Notes: a model not told the origin generated them from the sequence alone. A stretch of 64,000 bases of DNA from Octopus vulgaris (GCA_951406725.2 OX597817.1:5952001-6016000), one strand, 5' to 3'; positions 23,960-38,034 are shown, counted from the first letter of the stretch. Numbers and translations are program-made.

Positions 23960-25482
23960 CATGCACACATATACACAAACGTCTGTATATATTCAATGTG
24001 TGTGTGTGTATGTATGTATATGCGCATGTGTATATATGTCTGTGTAAAGGTATATACAAGGACACAAACACATAGACACACAGGCATGCTCACATGCACA
24101 TATACCAGTGAGAATTTATTGGCAAAATAGTAATTTGAAGCAATTTAAGCATTCATTCGTAAATATAGGCCAGAAGGAAAGTATTTTCTTAAATTTCTCT
24201 TTCTTTTGGTTTCTCGCTGATACTGATCCTTGGATTTACAATGCTTATAAATCTAATTAAACACTATTTTGTTCCGTCAATGCATTGATTTCCAATACCC
24301 CTTGAATTTAAATCGTTGTTACCATTGCAACGGAACATGTACGAGAGAAAGCTAAATATCATTCTATACTTAGTGCGTTGGTCTATCCATCTTATTTGTT
24401 TTATTAGCAGCAATATAAAAAAAGAAAGGTTAATAGTTTAATATAGGTGTCGTTGAACAAAACCTATTCTGAGCTTGGCTTGTGACCAAGAAGCATCGAA
24501 GGTGTTCGTGATAACTTAGTTTATTGTCTCGAAAACATAACGGACATCTGTATCTTCCAGAGAGCGAGATTGAATTGTAATAGTTTTGCTCCAGGTCAGT
24601 CAAGATTGAGTAGACGTATGCATCAATAATTTTCCAGGCCTGACTATCTCGTCGACTTGTGTACATAAAACCACACTATCCAGCATTTCCATTCGTTTAT
24701 AGGACGTAAGAGTAATATCTTTAGGAAGGTTTTGTTGTTTCTAGCATGTCGAATGGTTAATTAGAGGCATTTTTATAGGTTGTTTAGGCTGCGGTGAGGC
24801 TTAGTCGAGTACATATATAACCATAAGCTTTCCACCCGTGACCATTCAATCGGTTTTGAATATTATAAATATTTTGTCCAATATTTCTACTTTTAGATGA
24901 CAGGATATAATTTTAAGGATTGGATGTTGTTTCTAGCAGTTTGAATGACCACGTAGAAGTTTCCTAACACTGATTCGGGGAAGAGGGATTTTAACTGTTT
25001 AATTTATCCCGTAAAAGCTGTAGAGACTGCGAAAGAGGTAATGAAAGAACTAAAGGAGGTAAGTGAATGGACTGATATAACAAAAGTGCGGTCTGTCAGT
25101 TAGAAAAGGTTACGAGTAATGTAGGAATGGTACGAGGAAGGAAAAAAAGCAATTATGAAGATGGCCCAAGTCAGTTAAAAAAGAATGAAATGGCAATGGC
25201 TATATCAGATGAAGTAGGAGTGATGAATTAGAATGCAAGGCAAAAGAGAGGGTGGATAAAAAGAACGAATATGCAATATGATATATGCACAGACTAATAA
25301 ATAAGGTGAAGGGGTGAGGATAAGCGAGGGTTGGAGAATTGTATTATAACATGTTTTAAGAATATTAAAAAAAACCTCATCCTGAATTAAGAATTTACAA
25401 TTTGTCAGAAGGGTTCAGATACAGAGGGAACGGAAAGAAATTAATAGTGATCTGGGGTGAAAGAAAGACAAAAATGAATTAA

Positions 25483-25850
25483 TCCTTTCTACTACAGACT
25501 GAAGGCCCGAAATTTTGGTAGATTAGGGCTGGCCGATTATATCGACCCCAGTGCTCAACTGGTACATATTTCATCGACCTCTGAAAGAATGAAAGGCAAA
25601 GTTGGGCTCGGTAGAATTGAACTCAGAACGTAAAGATGGATGAAATATCGCTAAGCATTTTACCAGGGCATCACCTTGAAGAATCTTCAGTCGAATGAAT
25701 CGACCTCAGTACTCAATTTTTTAATCCAGGTCCCTATTATATTGGTCCCTCTTGTTGAACTGCTGGGTTACGATGACGTAAACACACCAGCACCGGTTGT
25801 CAAGCGGTGATAGGGGACAAACAGAGACACAAAGACTCACACATAAAAAT
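25483..25850 (-). mobile_element. Decayed SINE A copy followed by a SINE B tail
   Basis: Similarity to 20427-20655 and to 22337-22530. Confidence 0.75.
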
Positions 25851-25851
25851 A

Positions 25852-26060
25852 CGACAAGATGCTGAAAAGTTCCTGGCTTTGTGTAAAGGAAAATATAGGA
25901 GGATCAGTTAATCATGATTTTATTAAACACATTCCCCGCTGGGATTCACACTCTTATTGCAGTGGTCCTTCAGTTTTTCTAAGCCCTACAAACGAATTCG
26001 GAATGTTGGGCCTCCAGCCAGGTGTTTCACGATACCCTTAAAGCCAGGAATATATACCCT
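25852..26060. mobile_element. Mariner-derived MITE (~210 bp)
   Basis: TA-CGACAAGATGCTGAAAAGTTCCTGGCTTT ... AAAGCCAGGAA inverted termini; no coding capacity. Confidence 0.55.
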
Positions 26061-27814
26061 CACCCTGGTGCATGTCACGGTCTGAAGGCTGTTGGTCTCG
26101 TCTGTGGGTGGGGACTGGATGATTGGGTGAATGAAAATGTTTCATGGGCTGCGTGTAGAAGTAACTGAACGACACCTGCGAACAGTTAACACAACCTTGC
26201 TACTAAGTAGGTGGCCAGTCAAAATTAATCGAGTAAACGGAAAAGTACATATATATATACAGATATAAATACGTACCTACTTACATACATACATAAGTAC
26301 GTACGTAAAAACATGCATACACTAATATATACACACATACCATAAAAATATGATTTATTTCTCATAAACATGTTAAGAAGAAAATGAAATATGTGATCTT
26401 TATAATACAAGATACGTAGAGAAACATATTACTCTTCGCGGTGAAATTAAATATAGGAAAGCTTCAAACTAATTATGTATCACATTTGGCTATATAAATG
26501 CTGCAATTTATCACATAATGCTATACATTAAAAGGAAAATATTACAATCTCTCAGACAGATTAGGCAGAAGCATTTATTATCTCTGAATTGAAGAATAAA
26601 TATTCCATCTGTCATAATAAAGGAATGTATGGGTATATGGACTTGGGAATAACAGTTTATCACGGTAAAATTAAATCCATGCATCATTACACAGACATTT
26701 AGAATAACTTTCATATTGGTTTCTTATATAAGCGTAGCAGACTAACTGAAATTGCAAAGTAGTGCTATGTCCTCTATACGCAGATAAAATCGAGCCGAAA
26801 TATATTTTGTTTCCCGCTACTTCTATAAATATATAATGGGATTTAATTAACTAATCTTTGCATTAGTCTAATGAAAGAAACCAGATTTGATTCGTGAGAA
26901 AAACATATATTCTATTATCGACACAAAAAATCCCAAGAGAGCTACATAACTGAATATAATGGTTCCAATGCGTAACCGACACTTCATTTACAGAGCATTT
27001 TTTGATTTTTAGTGTTATCACTCTTTCCAGGCCCTCAAGATTTTATAGGTTGCTACTTTGATGATAAGAAGGTGTTCTTAGATTAAAGCTTTTGGGGGGG
27101 AAAAGATCCAGAGGAAATGTGAAATGTAGGGATTTAGCGATTGAGAGAGAAGGGAGACGGTGATGAGACAGTCAGACAGGGCGGGCTTGTATAATTGGCC
27201 CATAGAGGGATAACCGGCGATGCAGTAATCGTTATAATTGTAGCAAAAAGAGACAGAAAATTGATACAGTGAATTTTGTGAGCTGCTAAACCAAATAGAA
27301 TTTAATCATAAAATGTAGGGAGACACAACCAATCTGTGTGAAGTATTAATTTGATGCTACTTGTCTCGTATCTGATGTTTTAACGCTTTCTTCTCCGTTT
27401 ACATTATTCTAAGAGATGAATATACTTTGAAGTGGAAAGAAACTACGAGTGAAAGAGCTGATATTCTAGTTTCGATTTCCATTTGAAATTATCTTATCTT
27501 ACAAGAATTTACTTTCCTATGGCTACTGAGAAATGTAGGTAAAACACAAAATACCTGTTGCGCAGAGTAAAATAAAACGAATCTAATAATTTGTAAAGAA
27601 ATGAAATCTTGAAATCGTTTTATTGTCCAATGCAGATAACTTACAAGGCCACACTAATGCACATTTATAGGAGAGCATTATATAAGATTGATTTTATCTT
27701 CGCAAGGTTTCGTATTTCATTAGTCCAGAAAAGAAGGAATGCAATATCTAAGCAGCGCCAGAATTATTTAAACTCCAATCACAAGGCTATGAAAGAAAGG
27801 GCAGCACAGCATAG

Positions 27815-28326
27815 TTTTGTAGGTTTATGGCTATGATGCCGAAACCAAGACTCAGTCTTCGCAGTGGAAGATCCCAACCTCTCCAAGAGTATTACCGTGA
27901 CGTGCTGTGGCGTTTGCAGGTTCGTCGAAAAAGGATAGAATTGGATGCGCCCGGTGAGGGCCAACTCCACCATAAGAAAAAACACACCTGCTCACTAAGT
28001 ACAGCTTGTGCAGCACCCTTTGGTCAAGTACAATATTCTCCAGGTCTGACAAACATCACGCTCCCCAGATTCCGTTCCTTGCCACTTTTTCCGCTTTCCA
28101 AAAATCAAACCCCACTTGAAACACGATTTCAGGACGCCGAGAAATCCGAGAGAATGCAGCTTCCCGAAAAAGGTGTTCCAGAAATGGTTCCATTTATGAA
28201 ATTGACTCTAGATAAAGTGAGTGGCTTCAGAAGACTACTTCGAAGGTAATTAAAGGCCGAATTTGCATATCGTGTAGTTTTCTTTTTTATAGTACCTGCC
28301 CCAATACTTTATTGATCAGAAATCGT
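27815..28326 (+). mobile_element. Mariner transposase 3' fragment (pseudogene)
   Basis: VYGYDAETKTQSSQW, EYYRDVLWRL..RRKR, QLHH, SPDSVPCHFF (SPDLAP-like) and a YFEG-like end, across frameshifts. Confidence 0.8.
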
Positions 28327-28386
28327 GCGTATAAGTTTGTCGATGCAAAAAGGAAAAATAGAACACGAAATACAAACATATATATT

Positions 28387-28426
<40 letters not shown>

Positions 28427-28435
28427 TATACATTC

Positions 28436-30690
28436 AGGACGGGAAACCTTCCTGGACCTGAATGGTAGGGTGATGTTCCTGGACGTAAATGGCAGCGAAG
28501 GTGGCGCCTTTAGACTGATGGCGGTTTATGCCCCAACAGAGGGGCTGGAAGGCTAGATTTCTTCAGGCGTCCAGAAACATTCTTGGAAAGGTCTCGTACT
28601 TTAGTACTAATGGGAGACTGGAATAGTATTTCGGACGCACGGAAGGACTGTGTGGGTTTAGTACATATAGAAGTGGGTGTAAAAGCCTCGAAAACCTGCT
28701 CAGGACTTTCTAACTTTCTGACAGGTACCGACTGGATGCCCCTGATGTGCCAGTATGAACATGGAACAACCACAGCGGGTCATCCATATCGTATTTAGAT
28801 AGAGTATTAGTTAGACTAGAGGATAGGGATAACATAGGTTGTCAATAATTTAAATTGGTCGGCTACTCAGGTCACAAATTTGTGATATGCTCAGTCGATT
28901 TAGATAGGACCCGTAGACTGGGACCTGGTTACTGGAACTTGAATGCATCCTTACCGGCTCGCAAAGACTACAGGACCGTATTAGCGAACTAGTAAAGCGG
29001 CAGTTGTTGGGGGCTATCGCCAACGACCGGTGGTAGATCGCTTTGAAGAGAGCGATTAGATTAGAATCGATAGCGTTTAGCAAAGAGTTAGCAATAGAAA
29101 AAATAGATTAGAGGGAGAACTAGTTTGCAAACTAGAAGAGGTTATTAGTAAAGGCATCGTGACCGACGTGTTAGCGGCGAGAATGACGAAACACGAAGGG
29201 TGCATTGTCAGAGCTAATGCCCGTGCACTAAAACACGAAGGAACTAAAGCCATCCAATAGGCCCGAACAATAGCGACGCGACGTGGAAACAAAACCACGA
29301 TCAAGTCTTTGATGGATCAGGACGGACGCGTGTTACTCGGTTCTGAGCAGATGTATGCGACTTTCCATAGGTACTTAGTTCGGTTGTATGGAGAAGGTGA
29401 CGGTCGACGACGGTAGAGGACTTTACTTCGTACCTAGACTGTCTATTACGGCTCTCAGTAACGGACGCGAGATTCTACGAAACGCCAATTACAGCTACGG
29501 AAATACGGGATGCGATGAGCGATTGCATAAATTGCAAATCGCCCGGTCGGATGGTCTGAACTACGAATTCAATGTTTTCATGTCAGATTTGTTTGGTAGC
29601 CTCTTGGCAGATGTCTACAGTACTGACAACAGAACGGGAGAATCCCTAGTGCATTTAGGAGGGTGTAGTAACACTGCTGAGACAGGACGCTGACAATGGG
29701 GACGTGCTAATGAATGTTTGGCCCGTAACTCTGCTAAACACAGAGTTTAAGAGTGTGGTCAAGGTGTCAGCGAAACGATTGGGGCTTGTCGCTGGTGGTC
29801 TGGTCGGGGAGGCAGAAACGTGCGCAATCCCAAGCAGGCCTATCCATGACAACCGCCACTTTGAGCGAAACACAGTAGAGAGGGCTGGGACTAAAACTGG
29901 CTTTGGTGGAGGCCTGATCAAATTAGATCAGCCGAAAGCTTTCGTTAGGGTAGACCACCACTACTTGGAAGCCGTTCTTACAGTGGTTGATTTCGAACCC
30001 GTTTTCAGAGGCTGGACTGTTGCAATGCGCAGCCGCCTCTACTCGGTGGTGAAAGTAAATGGCTACATATCGGAACCTCTTTTTTACTACCCACAAGGGC
30101 TACATAGGGGACAAACAAGGACAGACAAACTGATTAAGTCGATTACATCGACCCCAGTGCATAACTGGTACTTATTTAATCGACCCCGAAAGGATGAAAG
30201 GCAAAGTCGACCTCAGCGGAATTTGAACTAAGAACGTAGCAGCAGATGAAATACCTATTTCTTTACTACCCACAAGGGGGTACACATAGAGGGGACAAAC
30301 AAGGACAGACAAACTGATTAAGTCGATTACATCGACCCCAGTGCATAACTGGTACTTATTTTAATCGACCCCGAAAGGATGAAAGGCAAAGTCGACCTCA
30401 GCGGAATTTGAACTAAGAACGTAGCAGCAGATGAAATACCGCTTAGCATTTCGCCCGGCATGATAATGTTTCTGCCAGTTCGCCGCCTTTTGGCTACATA
30501 TCGGAACCGTTTAGTATCGCACGTTCGGTCCGTCAGGGCTGCCCGCCGTCACCTCTTCTATATGTGCAGGCTCTCTAACCAATGCTGCAGAGATTGGAAC
30601 AGTTAAGAGGCCTCCCTTTCGAAACTGGACTCAAGAGGGCAGTATCTGCATATGGGGACAACGTCACCGTCATGTTGTCGGACGCATGTC
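28436..30690 (+). mobile_element. L1/Tx1-clade LINE ORF2 pseudogene (APE endonuclease + RT), truncated
   Basis: AVYAP, LMGDWN, YLDRVLVR, GPGYWNLN, KSPGSDGL, WPVTLLNTEFK, LDQPKAFVRVDH, SVRQGCPPSPLLY, AYGDNVT; many stops and frameshifts. Confidence 0.9.
30078..30490 (-). mobile_element. SINE family A dimer inserted in the Tx1 RT with an 18-bp TSD
   Basis: TSD TGGCTACATATCGGAACC at 30060-30077 and 30491-30508; two units, one head. Confidence 0.95.
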
Positions 30691-30996
30691 GTTTCCAAAT
30701 TTCTGGCATAGGGGATTTACAATTTGTCAGAAGGGTTGAGACATAGAGGGAACGGAAATAAATTTATAGTGCTCTGAGGCGTCATGGTGCTGGTTTTCTC
30801 ACAGACGGTGCTCAACTGAGTATGGGCAGTTGGACACCGTAGCCGACAAAATCAAAAATAATGCACATGTGCGAAGTTAAAAACATGAAATTGCGACAAT
30901 TTACCGATCGCAACTTGTATATATATTTGTGTGTAATTATGCATGCGTATACGCCTATGTGTAATTATTTATGCACATACACAAAAGTTTGATTTG

Positions 30997-31096
30997 NNNN
31001 NNNNNNNNNNNNNNNNNNNNNNNNNNNNNNNNNNNNNNNNNNNNNNNNNNNNNNNNNNNNNNNNNNNNNNNNNNNNNNNNNNNNNNNNNNNNNNNN
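30997..31096. other. Assembly gap (100 N)
   Basis: Run of N. Confidence 1.
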
Positions 31097-31268
31097 CTCC
31101 CCCCTTTTTTTTAAACCCCCCTTTTTTTTGTCCTCTTTCTCTCCTTTTACGATCCCTTTTGATCGAAACTCCCCCTTCCTTTTTTTCTTTCTTAAACCTT
31201 CAAGAGAAAAGCTCTACCTTGTAATTTGTTCTATCTGTGTGCAGCCCTGTGTGGCTAATAAAGAAACA

Positions 31269-31269
<1 letters not shown>
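31097..31269 (+). mobile_element. Probable L1/Tx1-like LINE 3' terminus followed by (CTAT)n
   Basis: Pyrimidine-rich UTR ending GCAGCCCTGTGTGGCTAATAAAGAAACAT. Confidence 0.45.
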
Positions 31270-31319
<50 letters not shown>

Positions 31320-31435
31320 GTATCTATCTATCTATCTATCTAAGTATGTGTATGTGTGTGCTCGCGCGTGCATGTTTGTGTGTGTGTTTGTGCGTGCGTG
31401 TATGTGTAGATTTGACACGTGTACACACATTCATA

Positions 31436-31640
31436 CCCTGAAATTCAGGCCTGAAATTTGAGAGAGGGGGAATAGTCGATTGCATTGATTTCAATACATA
31501 ACTGGTACATAATATATCGACCCCGAAAGGATGAATGGCAAAGACAATGTCGGCGGAATTTGAACTTAGAACGTAGTGATGGGCGAAATACCACTAACCA
31601 GTTCACCCGGCGTGCTAACGCTTATGCCACCTCACCACTT
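31436..31640 (-). mobile_element. SINE family A, older copy
   Basis: ATCGACCCCGAAAGGATGAATGGCAAAG...GGAATTTGAACT core. Confidence 0.8.
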
Positions 31641-32789
31641 GTATAATACAAACATAAATATATGCAACACGTCTGTGCTCACGAAATCGGAGATATAGAA
31701 ATATTCGACCTAGCATATGAGCGCGCAGTAAGACCCGCAGCGGTGGTGGTACTATGCTTGTAGAGAGATCATCTGTTAGGGAGGTTAGGGAGATAGAAAA
31801 CATTTGACTTGCGGGTGAGACCATAATATACGATTACACTGAAAAACCTCCGAGCTATTATAAAATAGCTCCAGTGTTTTACGAGTGATAAAGGCTAGGC
31901 CAGAAACTATGGGAATTTTCCCTGCATGAAATAGCGGGCTAGCCTCAACCTCCACGTGAGTTTTCACATGTAAGAAGATACTGGCTATTATGCCCCGCAC
32001 ATCGAACTACAGTGTAGAGGTACTCTCTTACGATCATCATTTAAGTTATCGAAGGTTATCTTGAAGCAAACTTGCCTGCACATGTGACTCTGCATGGAGT
32101 AGACATCTTTAATGATTCGAAGAACGTACTAATAGTTGCACACACAGACATACAAGTCTATGTATGCTTATGGGTGTGTGTGTTTGCGTTTGTGTTTGTG
32201 TGTGAATGTGTGCGTATGTGTAATTTTGCGTGTGTGTGTGTTAGAATCTTTGTGCGCATATTGAATGCGAGTATAATAAAATATTTATTTTTAGTTGAGA
32301 AGTTACAGTTGTAAGAAGAATATTGTAACACTGCCAACAAACTCACTTAAAGTTAGTGGAAGGATTAAAGAAGATTAAAAGATTAAATCTATCGATTCGG
32401 TTGCTTCCATTGACAAAGTGCAAAAGGACGTCGATTTTAATATTATATTTCATTTAAACTGATAATCAATACATGTAGATAGATACACATGGACGCAAGT
32501 TTCTACAAAAATAATATTTACACGTAAAAGATACAGAGAAATATATGTTTATATTATTCACATAAACACATCAGGATACCTATCAATATATTTTAGTTCC
32601 TTATACACATGATGCATACATGAACATATACATATACGTACATATATACGTATATGTATGTGTGTATGTGAGTGTATGTGTGTGAGTGTGCGTGTGTGCA
32701 TCGGTACATGAATTGTGAATACGTGTGAAATAAGAACCAGTATTCTACAACATATATCACTATTCTTCAGTAAAGAACCCTTATACCCA

Positions 32790-33450
32790 TAACGATCAAT
32801 AATAATAATGGCTCCAAATTTTACCACAAGGGCAGCAATTTTGGGGGCGAGGATAATTCCATTACATTGACCCCAGTGTTTCACTGGTACTTTATTTATC
32901 GACCCCGAAAGAAAGAAAGGCAAAGTTGACCTCGGCGGAATTTGAACTCAGAACGTAGCGACTGGCAAAATACTGCTAAGCATTTTGACCGGCGTGCTAA
33001 CGATTCTGCCAGCTCTTCGCCTTACGATCAATGATAATAATGATTTCAAATTTTGCCACAAGGGTAACGACTTTCGGGGAGGGGATGATTCGATTACATC
33101 GACCCCAGTGTTTAACTGGTAATTATTTTATCGAATCCTAAAGGATGAAAGGTAAAGTTGAACTCGGCGGAATTTGAACTAAGAACGTATCGACGGACGA
33201 AATACCGCTAAACATTTTACCCGGCGTGCTAACGATTCTTTTCTATAAGAAATTTTGGGGGAGGGGTCTAGTCCATTAGATCGATCCCAGTACGCAACCA
33301 GTACTTAATGTATCGAATCCGAAAAGTGAAAGGCAAAGTCGATCTCAGCGAAATTTGAACTCAAAACGTAAAGGCAGACGAAATACCGCTAAGCATTTTC
33401 CCGGCTTGCTAACGTTTCTGCCAGCTCGCCGCATTACGATCAATAATGAT
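32790..33450 (-). mobile_element. Three head-to-tail near-complete SINE family A copies
   Basis: ~32812-33023, 33043-33240 and 33241-33432; spacer ACGATCAAT(A/G)AT recurs at ~32792, ~33024 and ~33436. Confidence 0.85.
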
Positions 33451-33941
33451 AATAATAATAATAATAATAATAACACACTTGTATCTAATGAGAGTGCTGT
33501 TTTGATTTCCATTCAGGGTTATACATTAGCGTACTGAACAAAGTGCTCAGATTTCACTCATATTTCGAAATGGAAGTTGTGAACACGTATTTTACACACA
33601 ACCAACTGGGTGTTGAATCTCTTACGTTCATAGGAAAAATAACAGAAAATAAAACCGAAGATGCAAATTTGTTACTGAAATATTTTGTATTTTTGTGAAG
33701 GTCACCTTTTACACTCTACCGAAGCTTAGAGTTCAAAAGAAGCCAAAATATTAATTTTTATGTCATCCTGAATGTTTTATGTGTATTCTCTACTTTGTAA
33801 GTATCCTCCACACACATACATATAGGAATGTAAACACTCCGTCACTCACTCACTCACTCACACCCACACACACACTATATAAATATACATGTATATATAG
33901 GTAAATAGATAGACAGACAAACCGATAAACGGACAGACAGG

Positions 33942-33989
<48 letters not shown>

Positions 33990-34063
33990 CAGATGAATTG
34001 ATAGCTAGCTAGAAATCCTCAGTATAGAAAACCCGTAGTAGTGCTCAAATAAACTGAACTTAC

Positions 34064-34117
34064 ATTCCAAACTTTTTATCAGGACCAAGTCAGCGGGAAA
34101 GCGAGTGCGCGGGATAA
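34064..34117 (-). CDS. Candidate internal exon (54 bp, phase 1-1)
   Basis: TCTTGATTTCTCTTATAG acceptor, GTAAGT donor, GC-rich, one open frame IPRTRFPADLVLIKSLE; in phase with exon 9371-9491. Confidence 0.4.
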
Positions 34118-34278
34118 CTATAAGAGAAATCAAGATGAGCTGATATGGTGATAGTGATGCAGATAAACATGTTTGGGTTTGATATGCAAAATATACATAC
34201 ATGTACATATGCAAATATATATAGAGATATATATAGAGAGAAAACTGAACTGAAAATATTCACAAGATGAATACTCAT

Positions 34279-34795
34279 GTAAACTTAGATAAACTTAGAT
34301 ATGTTTCGACCAAAGATTGGTCCAGGCCATGTCTAACTTAATAGCACCACCTGATAGGATTATTCGAATCCTGTTTAAGTCAAGTTTTGTTTATGGTCCA
34401 TTCAAGTAGTGAGTTCTTGTTGGGTGAGTTGTATCCAATTATGTGTGGCTTATCTGGTATTCTTTGAAGGAATCTATCCAGACTCTGTTTAAAGTTGATG
34501 GGATCCTTTTCCTCTTTGATCTCTTTCGGGACAATGTTAAATAGGGCAGGGCCTGTTGAGGAAAAGAAATTATGTTGCAGTGTACATGTATGCTGTGATA
34601 TTGAATTGGGCAGGGGACGTATGGCCCGTGGTCCCAGTCTTGGATGAACCTTGAAGCTAATGTTCAGGTCGTTTGGGCAAAGTTGGCGGTATATTCTCCA
34701 CATTGTACAAATGATGTTTCGCTCACGGCGACGCTGGGGAGAGGAAAAGTTTCAAGGCTTTAAGGCGATCCCAATAATCGAGAGCAGCCATAGCA
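34279..34795 (-). mobile_element. CR1/L2-group LINE 3' end
   Basis: LDYWDRLKALKL..QRRRERNII, GPALFNIVPKEIK..FKQSLDRFLQRIPDKP..NSLLEW*; 3' hairpin and terminal (ATCTAAGTTT)2. Confidence 0.85.
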
Positions 34796-34809
34796 TATAG
34801 ATATTTATA

Positions 34810-35117
34810 TTTTCACAGAACAAATTTACATGGATTACAATCATACAGGAAACTAAGGTAAGAGGACGTGGTATGCAAGTCCGATGGCTGTTTCTGGGTG
34901 CTCGGAATTATCTAATAGTTGTAATGTTCGCAGATGGAGTTTGGAAATCTCAAGGATGTATATACACCTTCCCGTAAAGCCGGCCTCCGTCTTCATGGTG
35001 GAGGGATTGACTATTCTTTGGTTTCTGGCACACTCAATTTGCCAACATTATAACTAATACGTAGTTCCTATCAACCAGAAACAGCTGTCAGGTCTGAAAT
35101 GTAAATTTGTTCTGTGG

Positions 35118-35120
<3 letters not shown>
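34810..35120. repeat. Diverged fold-back with hammerhead 3' halves (Penelope-like relic)
   Basis: CACAGAACAAATTTACA/TGTAAATTTGTTCTGTG arms; GAAA-CAGCTG-TC near 35078-35089 and a mirrored decayed copy near 34880-34895. Confidence 0.5.
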
Positions 35121-35193
<73 letters not shown>

Positions 35194-35769
35194 TTATACA
35201 CGAGTGCTCACCTGAATATCTTCAGTTTTGTTTTTCTATATACATCCCAATACATTTTTACATGTTTATATAAATGTTTGTATCTTCTTATATCTAGCTC
35301 ACGTGTGTTTATTTGCACCCCTATCTCTCTCTCTTTCTCTCTCTCATATATATATCTATATATGTATGTGTGTGTGTGTGTGTGGTGATATATATTTCTA
35401 TAACGCTGGTCAGAACTCAGAATCTTGATTTGCGAAAGTGTATTTGATGTTCTGATGCTATATATCCTATATTGCGTCTATAATTTATCAGCTCAATATC
35501 ATAAAGAAGAAAATATCGAGCTTCACTGTAAAGACCTTTCATTTTTGAACATCATACATTTTACTGACCAACCTACAACCATTGATTCCAAAAGTTAAAG
35601 AAAAACTGATCGAATCCTAACTAGAAAACCAAGTAATTCCCTTTACTCACGTTGAATAATTATTCTCTTAGTAATTAACTTCACATAAATGTATTTATAT
35701 GTTTCTCTTCATACTGTGAATGCATTTCTGCTATGAGTATGTGTGTATATTTATGTTCGGAGCTGGAGA

Positions 35770-35856
35770 AACAGAAATCGTTGGGCACAGATAATTTATG
35801 TAAATATGGCCGTGCCCCAGCATGGCCACAGCTCGTGAGCTGAAACTAGATAAAAT
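35770..35856 (+). mobile_element. Short 3' terminus of a LINE or SINE
   Basis: GTGCCCCAGCATGGCCACAGCTCGTGAGCTGAAACTAGATAAAA, similar to the SINE B tail. Confidence 0.55.
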
Positions 35857-36066
35857 TTAAAAAAATGTGATAGTGTTGTTATATATATGTGATTTATATA
35901 TATTTATGTAAATATATGTGATTATGTTTGAAGGCGGCGAGTGCCTTTCATCCTTTCGGGGTCGATGTAATCGACTTAATCCGTTTGTCTGTCCTTGTTT
36001 GTCCCCTCTGCGTTTAGCCCCTTGTGCGTAGTAAAGAAATAGATATGTGACTATGGTGTCACTTAC

Positions 36067-36123
36067 TGCTGGATACATTGACTTAGCATATGAGACGTAC
36101 CCTCGGGTGTTATAGATAATACA
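36067..36123 (-). CDS. Weak candidate exon (57 bp)
   Basis: CTAAT branch-like site, TTTGCAG acceptor, GTAAGT donor; two frames open. Confidence 0.25.
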
Positions 36124-36232
36124 CTGCAAATTATTCGCTACACATTAGGAAAAATCGAACCTTCGATTAAGTGAGTGCCGTTTCTATAGGCAGCGAAAAC
36201 TCAATCAGTAAAATGAAGATCCCAAGAGAATC

Positions 36233-36349
36233 GCACACACACATACACACAAACACACACACACACACACACACTCACACATAAACAGACACACACACCC
36301 ACACACACCCACACCCACACGCACACACGACACATAAACGAACACACGA

Positions 36350-36406
<57 letters not shown>

Positions 36407-37135
36407 ACACACACGCACACACGACACATAAACGAACACATACACACAAACACACACATACACACACACACACACACACACCCACACGCACACACGACAC
36501 ATAAACGAACACATACACACAAACACACACATACACACACACACACACACCCACACGCACACACGACACATAAACGAACACATACACACAAACACACACA
36601 TACACACACACACACACACCCACACGCACACACGACACATAAACGAACACATACACACAAACACACACATACACACACACACACCCACACGCACACACGA
36701 CACATAAACGAACACATACACACAAACACACACATACACACACACACACACACACCCACACGCACACACGACACATAAACGAACACATACACACAAACAC
36801 ACACATACACACACACACACACACACGCACACACGCACACACGAACACATAAACGAACACATACACACAAACACACACATACACACACACACACACACCC
36901 ACACGCACACACGACACATAAACGAACACATACACACAAACACACACATACACACACACACACCCACACGCACACACGACACATAAACGAACACATACAC
37001 ACAAACACACACATACACACACACACACGCACACACGACACATAAACGAACACATACACACAAACACACACAAACACACACACTCACACACACACACACA
37101 CACACACGACACATAAACGAACACACACACACAAG
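36233..37135. repeat. CA-derived minisatellite, 12 units of ~60-95 bp
   Basis: Anchor CATAAACGAAC occurs 12 times between variable (CA)n tracts; explains the 290-330 aa Cys/Val ORFs. Confidence 0.95.
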
Positions 37136-37976
37136 CATGTATAGAGACCCAAATACACAAGCGTATACACAAATGCACATACACACATAAATTTGTGTCA
37201 AAAGTGAGGCGGATGAAAAGATATCTTCGATAAGGTCACAGACTGCGGTGGAAGAAGTCTGAATAACCAAGTGATTGATCGAGTAATTGCTAGAACAATT
37301 GATTAGTTAATTCGTTAATTAATTATCATGTTGACTGACTAGCAATAATAAAAAGGAGCGAAATATAACCAGTGCATTTGTTTTTATTGGCAACATTTCT
37401 ATCCCAAAGTATTATAACACATAACCATATACACAAATATTCTATGCACATGAATTTACTAAATCGATAACTGTCGCTTTCAACAATGTGCATTGAATTC
37501 TTAGTTGAACTGATTAATACGTTTTTTTCAGTTAAGAGTGTAGCTGACTGAGTATACCACACACACAAGTGTAGCTGTAACCTAATCATTAAGCAGAATT
37601 TGCCTCATAAAATGTTACATAGAGTGATGTTTTATCACGCAATCCGTTCACCGGACACAAATATACTCACGAAGCATAGGCTGACGCTGAGCAATCGTGG
37701 GTTCGAATCATGTAGCCGGGAGCTTCAAGCAAAAGTCTCTGGGCCCAGATGATTTTATACATGCGTACATACATACATACATGCATGTGTAGGCACACAC
37801 ACACTAACCCACACATATGCGCACAAACAAACTAAGAGGAAGGCAGTGGGAATAACGGATAGTCAAAACTGTAGGAAAGGTTGCAAGACACAACGAAAAT
37901 AAGAAATAAGTTGAAATCTTACCGGCGAGTGTGTTAAATTATAAGGCACTAAAAGAGAATATATGTATATGTATGT

Positions 37977-38034
<58 letters not shown>

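Noticed and set aside
24430-24700. Possible CR1-like RT relic on the minus strand
   Set aside because: Only faint motif similarity; not supportable by eye
27827-28249. 140-aa ORF as a novel protein
   Set aside because: Frame-shifted mosaic of a mariner transposase relic
31660-32130. Higher-complexity, GC-richer segment (similar ones at 4020-4330 and 7690-7960)
   Set aside because: Probably old transposon debris, but no recognisable motif or clean splice pair
36201-37270. Longest ORFs (292-331 aa, Cys/Val-rich), and similar ORFs at 8300-8900, 59903-60601 and elsewhere
   Set aside because: Stop-free translations of (TG/CA/TA)n repeats, open in several frames at once
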